Of a stretch of DNA of 36,090 nt, positions 15,253-23,700 are shown piece by piece. The DNA is from Verrucomicrobia bacterium UBA1263. Lineage in GTDB: Bacteria; Verrucomicrobiota; Verrucomicrobiia; Limisphaerales; UBA1412. Positions within the stretch are counted from its first letter, which is position 1, and every line of letters begins with the position of its first letter. Made by a program: the position numbers and the translations under genes. The stretch is taken from contig DBVN01000118.1 of assembly GCA_002308515.1 (NCBI GenBank), forward strand, positions 26,407 to 62,496, written 5' to 3'. The notes under the pieces were generated by a model, which ran no database searches, was not told the origin of the DNA, and was given only the letters and a program-made list of their open reading frames with translations.

Positions 15253-18200
15253 TTACTTGGTCAAACGATAATAACCAGCAGCTTGGCTCACAGGGACTAC
15301 GCACTGATAAGCACCACCCACCAGTTCGCCTTCAAGGATCGTCCAGCTGGCACTGTCGGCTCTCGGAGCTACTTCGAGAGAAGCGCCGGAAGCCGCATCC
15401 CAACGGAGAGTCAGATTCTCGCCATCGAAATCATAGCTCAGTACCAGATCAGTCGGAGTCGGAGGATCCACCCGTTCCTTAATGGAAACATTGGTGAAGT
15501 TGGCGTAAGCATCGTTGCTTGTAGAGCTGTTAGCAGTCACCCACATACCGATATAGAGCGGTACATCGGCTCCCAGTACGCCTTCTTCCCATTCAGCGGT
15601 ATCGACTTCTTCCAGAACGATCCAGGACAAGCCGTCATCTTCGCTGACATAAGCGGTAAAGACTGTACCCACGCGTGTGATGCGCTGCCAATGCGGCCAC
15701 TGAGCCACACTCTCACTGATCGTACCGGTGGTGTCATCTATAGAAGCACCAAAGGCTTGACGCCAGGCTGTCCAGTATCTGGAAGCGGTACTGCCGCTAT
15801 CACGCTGGTCATCGCGCTGGGCTTGTGTCGCAAAGAGACGAGCGGAACCATCATTGGAACCATCGCCCAGGGCTTCACGAGCCATCAAACCTGCTTTGAT
15901 CCAAGAACCGGTGGAAGTACCCACAACGCTGTTCAGCTTCGCTCTGAAGTCGAAGTCTCCCTCAGGAGCCTTCTGCCAGACGAAGTAGCAGCCGTCAGAA
16001 GTACCACGCAGATCCGAGCCGCTGCCCTGGATGTTATATTCACCCGTGGCGGCATTGTAATAGTAGCTGCCCGGAAGTCCCGGAGCCGCGCCGTTCTTCA
16101 GAATATCTTCGCCCACAAAGTCATTGGGATCGGAGGTCGGTTCGACATAAACATACTTGCTGTTATAATCCGCGACCGACACAATGCCGTGATTCTTGAT
16201 ATTATGAGCTGTATTGAAGAGACCGATATAGCCCTTCTTAGGCATGGTGTAATCCAGATTGCCGATCGTACCGGAGAACAAGCCCTGGTTGATCATAGTC
16301 CAGTTGATACCTGTTGAGGAGCGATACGCAGTGAACACATTGCCTTCGCGTTTCAGACGCAGCCAGGCATTGGGATAATTCACATTGCCATTGTTGACGG
16401 AATCGACCAGCGTCAAATTGCCGTCAACGAGTCTCGGCCAGCTTGTGGCTGTGGCTGTTCCGGCAGGATACGCACGCTGCATCACGATAGACTGAGACGG
16501 AGTCGTCAGGACGTTGAGCATCGGAGCATCGAAGTCCAGGCTCGTGCGGTACATGATACCACCTTTCTCCCAGCTTTCCTGAGCAGTGATATTGGTGATA
16601 TGGACCACAAAGTCAAAATCGCCGTCCACTTCCTCATAGAGATAGAAGCAAGCGTCGCCGGCACCTTCCACGTCAGTACCCCAGCCGTTCAATGTCATGG
16701 AACCGGGGCGAACATCCGCGTAACCCAGGGTCCCGATCGCACCGACACCACTGGCTACACCCGGATTATAAACATTCGTCATCTTCAACTGCGTATAGCC
16801 GCCAATCAGAGTGGCAGGAACCATCTCCTTACCGGAGAGATTCTTGACAGAGACAACGACCTTGATCGTTGAAAGAGAGATCACATCGATCGGGTCGATT
16901 TCCAGGAAAGCGGCCCAGGCATCCATATATGTACCCAGTCTGGCGGACTTCACAGTCACACCTTCGATCTTGTAATTGTTCACGTTGACAGAATCTGCAT
17001 GATCCGGCTCTTTATCGAAGAGAACGATCACTTCGTTGCCGGCTCCCATGACATAGTAAGGTGCCAGAGGCGCATCGTCTGAAGAGACACTCACGATCGC
17101 GTCATTGGACTTCACCGTCTTGCCCGGAACAGAAAGTTCGCAATAAACGGCCTGGCCGTCATATTCAGGCAGAGCGCTGATAGTCACAGATGTATCCGTA
17201 GCACCGTAAATGGCATGACCCGCCACATACCACTGATAAGCAACAGGGGCATTCCATTCATTTTCGGACGTACCGGCCACGCTGAAGGTCACCAGATCAC
17301 CGGCCATAGCGGTAACGCTTTCAGGCTGTTTGGTAACTGTAATAAACGCTGTATCCGGGTTGGCATAGATACCGATCATATTACCGGTCAGGATCGGAGC
17401 TGTGTTATTGGCCTGCACCGGGTTGTTGACGTTGTGCCAGGTGATGGAGACAAAGTCTCCGCCGCCGCCTTCACGCAGAGAAACAACATAGTAGTATTTC
17501 TTGCCCGCGATCAGCTGTATCGGGGTAGAACCATAAGTACCGGTAGCACCGCTCCAGTCATATCTGCGAGCGCCGGAGCTGTTCCAGCCGTTCTCCCAGG
17601 AAATCGCTTCTTCAGAGAGATTTTCAACCCATTCATCGGAAGAGATCCACAGTTTGTAATCATCATCGCAGGAACCGGTGAAGTCATAAATACCGGTCTC
17701 TTCAGGAACGATATAACCGGAAATGCGTTCCACACAGTTGTCCTTATTAAAGGTATCGGTGGTGATTTCCAGATATCTGCCCAGCTGAGGGTTGGCATTG
17801 TAAGGAGTTTCCGTAAACATCCAGGATGTTGTTTCAAACAATGTGTCAAAACTGCTTGCGGTACCGAAGGATTCCAGAAGTGAATATCCAGGAGACCAAA
17901 CGAAGGCTGTGAAGGTGGAAGGCTGGGTCAGTTCATAACCGGAATAATCATAAATATTGCTGTATTTAACGGTATAAACCTTGCCTTCTTCCTGATGAGA
18001 AGTCAGCAGGATGACTTTCGTGCCGTCATCGTTGAAAGAGACACCCGTGATTTCAAGACCATCAATGCTGTAATTTGAAATCTCATCGTATCCTATCACA
18101 AACTCACTGAAGCTGATCACGACCTTGTTCATATCGTTGTGACCGGTGGCCACAGCGGTCGGAGCTTCTGTATCACTGGTGACCGTGACTGTGATCTCAT

Positions 18201-20358
18201 TGGAAGAGTTAGTCTTGCCAGCCAGAGCCATATCCAGACGATAAACACCATCGTGATTATAATCAGCCGCGTTGATGAAGGACAGCTTGGGAGTTGTACT
18301 TCCGCTGGCATCCAGCACATTATCGGCTTTGACCCACGCGCCGCCGGTAATGTCATTCTTGACATACCATTGATAGGTGGGAACCACATTGAGATCAGAA
18401 GCATAAGTAACTTTCACATTCAAATCAAAAGCACTGCCCGCAGAAATGACCACGTTGGATTCCGGCTGAGAATCGATATTCAGAACCGTATTGGCAACAT
18501 TGTACAAATCTGTAATGTACTGGGCACCAATGCTGGGAGTTCCATCAGGAATCTGAGCCAGAGGTCCCTCACTCGGCAATGACCAGGCAACCTGGAAAAC
18601 TTCACCGCCGGCAACTTCATAAAGATATGCCTCAAAGTAATAGAGTTCACCTTTGACCAGATTGTAGATGCCGGACTGCTGTCCCGCGTTCTTGGTGAAG
18701 TATCCATAAGTACTCCAATCCGTTTGTTGGCAAATCGGGTCTGCGCTTAAATTCTGAGGATCGCTGTCTGTACTCAGGAAGAACATACCCTGATCATCAG
18801 AAGACAACGCAAAACGGTATTCACCTGTTTCCGGCGGGATCAGATAACCTTTGCAGAACAAACCAAAATAATCATCGTTCTCCGCGTTGTAGTCTAAACC
18901 ATTGGTGACATCTATCACTTTAGTGGGAGCGACACCTTTTCTTACAGTACTGACCAGATCCGAGATACTGGCAGGATAAACCGTATTGTTATCATACCAT
19001 TTGCCTTTGACACCTGTTGTCGTCATGACAGTGAAGTTTCTCTGATAGGGAGCCGCCAACTTGCTGCCATCGGCCGCGGTGATGTTGGAAATGGTAATAG
19101 TATAATTGCCGCCAGCAGCAACAGAAGCGCCTAATATAACACATCTGTTACCTTCAGAAGGAGTCAAAGATGTGATAGCTACAGAAGATCCACCCTCTTC
19201 TGTCAGAGAGTAATTGGACGCATCTGTCAGAGAAGCCGCATCAATGATCTTGTTGAAACGCGCATAGACGACCTTGTCGATCGGATAGTATCCAGCACCA
19301 AGGACGGCCAGTTCATCTGTTACAGCCTCTACATTCAACGTAAAGTTACTAATAGCGGTAGCGATATTATTCTCAACTTCCAGCGTATAGTCTCCGGAAT
19401 CGCTCACCTCTAACTGCTCAAGAGTATAGGAGAATGAAGTTTCATAACTTTGTGTGCTGTAAATGACTTTATCCCCTTTCTTGAGTGTGTAGGTAAACGG
19501 ATCATAACCGCTGACTTTGACATCAAGAGTATAGGAAGCGCCATCGACTACATTGACGACAGCAGGCGGAGCTTTCACAAATTCCGGAGCCAGCTCCGTT
19601 GTCGGCTGGAACTCACTGAACGTGGCAACACTGGTTCCACCACTTTCGGTATGAGATGTCGCCCACATACCAACAGAGAGCTTATAGCCCCATTCTTCAC
19701 AGAAAGCGGTATTACCCAAGGCACCATTGCTCCAGGAAGAAGTATCGCGTTTATCCACTATAGTCCAACTCTTCGCGTCCGAGCTGAAATAACTGAGATA
19801 GGTATTACCATCGCGGCGGATACGGATCCAGGAGGGATAGGAATAATTTTCCGTACTCAGAGTTCTGGTACTATCTGAGACAGTGCCGCCAACAGAGCTG
19901 CGCCAATGAGTGATCCATTTGGACGCGCCGGCGGAAGCATCGTTGCGCAATCCCATAAGGGCATAGCAACGGGCACCACCGTCCTGATCTACAGTTTCAT
20001 AAGCATTGCCTTCCGCGTCATAATCTTCATAGAGGGTATCACCGCCTTCACGAACCATGATACCGGCTTTCATCCATGTGGAAGTTTCCGTTCCCACGAA
20101 GGATTCCATTTTGACCATATAGTCGAAATTGGTATCCGGCTCTTCCAGCAAATAGACAAAATGGAACTGATCCGAAGTTCCCCAAACGTCTGAACCACAT
20201 CCATTGATGATGTATGTATCAGTGCTTGCGTCATAAGTGTGAGAACCACCGGTGGTATTCACACTATGCGCATAAGGAGCGACCTGAGCCTGCGCGGCGA
20301 TACAACCGGCGGCAATCAGGGCACCCGTCAATAATAGACTTTTATTAGTATGATTCAT
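15253..20358 (-). CDS. 1701-aa modular secreted/surface protein (3 ConA-like jelly-roll modules, 2 PA14 modules, Ig-like modules, short C-terminal cap domain)
   Basis: Signal peptide MNHTNKSLLLTGALIAAGCIAAQA, with a possible lipobox AAGC. PA14-type segments are GYLIPPETGEYRFALSSDDQGMFFLS (nt 18781-18849) and ISGYIVPEETGIYDFTGSCDDDYKLWISSDEW (about nt 17640-17740). There are three paralogous modules with G-x-G-S/T-D-x-x-G-x-x-D..F-V and W-x-K-A/G-G-I/L-M-x-R signatures, plus YQWY-type Ig modules. Module boundaries are approximate. Confidence 0.9.
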   Translation of the reverse strand: MNHTNKSLLLTGALIAAGCIAAQAQVAPYAHSVNTTGGSHTYDASTDTYIINGCGSDVWGTSDQFHFVYLLEEPDTNFDYMVKMESFVGTETSTWMKAGIMVREGGDTLYEDYDAEGNAYETVDQDGGARCYALMGLRNDASAGASKWITHWRSSVGGTVSDSTRTLSTENYSYPSWIRIRRDGNTYLSYFSSDAKSWTIVDKRDTSSWSNGALGNTAFCEEWGYKLSVGMWATSHTESGGTSVATFSEFQPTTELAPEFVKAPPAVVNVVDGASYTLDVKVSGYDPFTYTLKKGDKVIYSTQSYETSFSYTLEQLEVSDSGDYTLEVENNIATAISNFTLNVEAVTDELAVLGAGYYPIDKVVYARFNKIIDAASLTDASNYSLTEEGGSSVAITSLTPSEGNRCVILGASVAAGGNYTITISNITAADGSKLAAPYQRNFTVMTTTGVKGKWYDNNTVYPASISDLVSTVRKGVAPTKVIDVTNGLDYNAENDDYFGLFCKGYLIPPETGEYRFALSSDDQGMFFLSTDSDPQNLSADPICQQTDWSTYGYFTKNAGQQSGIYNLVKGELYYFEAYLYEVAGGEVFQVAWSLPSEGPLAQIPDGTPSIGAQYITDLYNVANTVLNIDSQPESNVVISAGSAFDLNVKVTYASDLNVVPTYQWYVKNDITGGAWVKADNVLDASGSTTPKLSFINAADYNHDGVYRLDMALAGKTNSSNEITVTVTSDTEAPTAVATGHNDMNKVVISFSEFVIGYDEISNYSIDGLEITGVSFNDDGTKVILLTSHQEEGKVYTVKYSNIYDYSGYELTQPSTFTAFVWSPGYSLLESFGTASSFDTLFETTSWMFTETPYNANPQLGRYLEITTDTFNKDNCVERISGYIVPEETGIYDFTGSCDDDYKLWISSDEWVENLSEEAISWENGWNSSGARRYDWSGATGTYGSTPIQLIAGKKYYYVVSLREGGGGDFVSITWHNVNNPVQANNTAPILTGNMIGIYANPDTAFITVTKQPESVTAMAGDLVTFSVAGTSENEWNAPVAYQWYVAGHAIYGATDTSVTISALPEYDGQAVYCELSVPGKTVKSNDAIVSVSSDDAPLAPYYVMGAGNEVIVLFDKEPDHADSVNVNNYKIEGVTVKSARLGTYMDAWAAFLEIDPIDVISLSTIKVVVSVKNLSGKEMVPATLIGGYTQLKMTNVYNPGVASGVGAIGTLGYADVRPGSMTLNGWGTDVEGAGDACFYLYEEVDGDFDFVVHITNITAQESWEKGGIMYRTSLDFDAPMLNVLTTPSQSIVMQRAYPAGTATATSWPRLVDGNLTLVDSVNNGNVNYPNAWLRLKREGNVFTAYRSSTGINWTMINQGLFSGTIGNLDYTMPKKGYIGLFNTAHNIKNHGIVSVADYNSKYVYVEPTSDPNDFVGEDILKNGAAPGLPGSYYYNAATGEYNIQGSGSDLRGTSDGCYFVWQKAPEGDFDFRAKLNSVVGTSTGSWIKAGLMAREALGDGSNDGSARLFATQAQRDDQRDSGSTASRYWTAWRQAFGASIDDTTGTISESVAQWPHWQRITRVGTVFTAYVSEDDGLSWIVLEEVDTAEWEEGVLGADVPLYIGMWVTANSSTSNDAYANFTNVSIKERVDPPTPTDLVLSYDFDGENLTLRWDAASGASLEVAPRADSASWTILEGELVGGAYQCVVPVSQAAGYYRLTK

Positions 20359-20724
20359 AACTAATTATGTATGTGACTCTAACATCCACCAAATCTATTC
20401 TGGAATCAGAATAGAAAGCCTTGCGCCAGTCACAATAGTACAAAGCTGGTATCGACTTCCTATAAATGCGCGCACTTTCCCAAAAATCTCTCAATAAGAA
20501 GTTATACAACTTATTCTTCGTCAATCAGTAAAGGTATTATAAAAATAATTTTTTATTTTTATGAGAGCGCATCTATCACAAAGCAGAAACGATTATAAGA
20601 CTCTCTTTGCCCCAGAAAAAGAAAAATATGTCACAAAAAAGCTTTTGGATTCTTGCAAAAACACCCTTTGAAATGTTACTCTGGTGCTGGATGCAGATGC
20701 GCAAACAACAAAAGAGGACTCAAT

Positions 20725-23700
20725 ATGAATTCAAAATTATATTCATCTCTTACTAAAGCAATTATAATTTTATTTGTCACTATGTTTTTATCCCTTTTCA
20801 GTCATGCTCAAAACGTTGCCCTGGAACCGCTCATTCAGAAAGCCGAAAAGGCTTATCAGGAACAGTCATGGGCTGAAGCTGAAAAGGTTTATAACGAGAT
20901 CCTGGAGCACAAAGAGGATTTCTCGAAGAATCAACTCGATTGGCTTCAGCTGCACTATCTTGCGGCAAAGTACCGCAACCGTTATGCGCAATCTTCCTCG
21001 TTCAACAACCGCAAGCTGAGCAGCATTTGGGATGAGATCACGGATCTGGCAAGAGACAGGCACGATGAATTCTGGGCCGAGGTTCAGGAAACGCTGGGCG
21101 ACCTGGAGAAAATGAAACAAAATTTCTATTCATCCCCTTCCGCCCATTATGTGCAAGCTCTGGATTATTGGGCCAGCCAAACAGATATTGAAAAAGCAAG
21201 AAACCGTTATCGTATTTTGATACAAAAAGTTATAGAGAATGCTCTTTCCAATCCGAGCTACCTGCCATTGATCCAGGAAAACATCCTTTTGAACGGAATA
21301 CAATTAATTGAGAAACAAGAGGATCTGCTGAAATTAAATCTTCTGTTGGCCAATCAATATCAACATAAGCCTTTGACGCCGGCTACTTATTATCTCATAC
21401 GCCAGCAATATAAGAAATTGCTTGCTTTTTCTCCAAAAACTCCTCATTATGACCGGGTTCTATTTAACTACGCGCAATGGTTGGAACTGCACGGCAGACA
21501 AATCAAAAACCCCAACAATCAATACAGCTATCTCGCTGATTATGAAGAGGCTCTTACATATTACCAACAAATCATCGAACAGTTCACAAAGAAAAAATCG
21601 CCTCACTGGGAACGCGCAAAGGACAAGATCAAAGCGATCACAGAACCTCAGATCGGGCTTTTAGTCTCCAATCAGTACACGCCCGGCAGTCAAATCGAAT
21701 ATTCCTTGTTCTACAACAACTTGAGCAATGTTCAAGTTTCTCTCTATTCTATTGATCTGAACCGGGATATCCATCCTTTGAAGGATAAAACACTTCATCG
21801 CGGCAGCTATCTGGAAGCTGTTACAGTTCAAAAGAAAGAAGCTGTTTATACAGAAAGTTTTTCACCTGCGACCAATCGCTGGGCGCACTTTCCCAGCAAA
21901 GAGAATGTTTCACCCAAAAATATTTTTCCCGCGGGTGCTTACCTGCTCGAAGCAAAATCCGGAACCAATACCGCGCGTGAGCTTATCCTGATCACAGATA
22001 TCGCCCTTATCGCGAAAAGCGCGCCTGAAGGTGAAAATCTGCTCTACCTGGGCAACGCTTTCAGCGGTGAACCGATCCCTGACGCTGAACTCCATCTGAT
22101 ACACACTTGGAACCATTCCAAGGAGATTTTCTCCAAAGAACAAACATTGCGCACGGACACGGACGGCATTGCCCGTTTTGCTCCACTGGCTAAACAGAAT
22201 TACAGCAACATTCTTGTTACCGCAAAAAGCGCTGATCTGCAAACCCTTCTCTTTTTAGATGCTCCGGAACGACATGATCCGGAAGAGGATTTCAGTGTCT
22301 ATGTTTTTACGGATCGGCCGGTCTATCGCCCACAGGAGAAGGTTCAGTGGAAAACGATCGTCCGCTCCCGCAAGAACGATACATTAAGTACCCCTGCCGG
22401 ACTTAAACTGGATTATGCCATCCACAGCCCGAATGATGAGATCATCAAAAGCGGAACGGTGACACTCAATGACTTTGGCAGTGCCTTTGATTCCCTGACA
22501 CTGACACAGGAAATGCGGTTAGGTGAATATCAAATTGAATTCAAACAGAATGGAACAGCTCTGGAGTGGGCAACGCTCTTTCGTCTGGAAGAATATAAGC
22601 TGCCGGAATACAAGCTCAGCGTCACCCCTACTGCCGAAAATTACCGCCTGGGAGATACCATCCAGACCACGATCCAGGCAGAATATTATTTTGGCGGTCC
22701 GGTGGCAGACGCGGAACTCACAGTGCAGGTACGCCAAAAGAACTATAACCACCACTGGATTCAAATCCGCCGTTATCCCTGGCTTTACGAAGATGATTTC
22801 TCCGGAGGCAACTGGCAGCGCAATAATATTGGTGAGGTCATTTTAACCAAAACGCTGAAAACGGATTCCAACGGACAAGCACTGATCGAGTTTGAAACTC
22901 CGCTGCAAACGAATCGCGATCTGGAATATATCATTAACGCCAAACTCTTAGACAGTGCCGGCCGGGAAGTTGTCGCTCAAAACAACATCAAAGTCACCAG
23001 TTTCAGCTACTACGTTCAGCTGAAACCGACAAAAACGATCATCACGCCGGGAGAGAACGCCGTGATCGAAATCACCGCTGAAGACGCTAACGGAAAGACT
23101 CACAGCGCGCAGGGACAAATCGAAGTGACACGCAAACATTATGTGGAAAGATGGATAGATCCTGCCGGGGACACCGTTGAAGGTGAAAAACTGGATGCGA
23201 TAAAGAAGCAAGTCGGATATGAAAACTTCCCTCCCGCCCCGGAAAAAGGAAAAGCTCCCTGGAGATTGAAATTCAGCAATTACCGCTTTGAAAAAATCCT
23301 GACAAAAGAGGTTTCAACAGATCAAAACGGGAGAGCGCAGTTCCGCTTCCCGTTAGAAAAAACGGGCTGCTATCAGGTAAGTTGGACAAGCGCGGATACT
23401 CTGACCCTGGGCAACGGCGAGAAGATCCCCTGGGACAATATTACCGCCTCCACATCGCTTTGGTGCGCCGATGCAAACACTCGCACGATTCAAGTCAAAG
23501 AACAAGGCATCACTCTCATACTGGATGAAAACCAGGCAAAAGTGGAACATTCTCTGCCGATCATGATACAGACAGATCATCCGGGGCATCATATTCTCCT
23601 TACTGCTGAAGCAAATTCGATCATTGGAAGCCAAATGATCCACATGGAAGGAGATGCTCAACTTGTTGCCGTTCCTGTCACAGAAGCGCATACTCCGAAT

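Noticed and set aside
15283-16317. 344-aa plus-strand ORF, and a similar one at 17215-17883 (222 aa), inside the 1701-aa gene
   Set aside because: Both are antisense to a gene with strong domain-level evidence. Their products are Arg/Gly/Ile-rich with no motifs. Long antisense frames are expected opposite Gly/Thr/Asp/Tyr-rich repeat proteins.
20653-20724. TTG-initiated 24-codon N-terminal extension of the A2M ORF
   Set aside because: The extension (MQKHPLKCYSGAGCRCANNKRGLN) precedes a textbook signal-peptide-like Met that has an RBS-like AAAGAGGA 6 nt upstream. The ATG at 20725 is the more plausible start.
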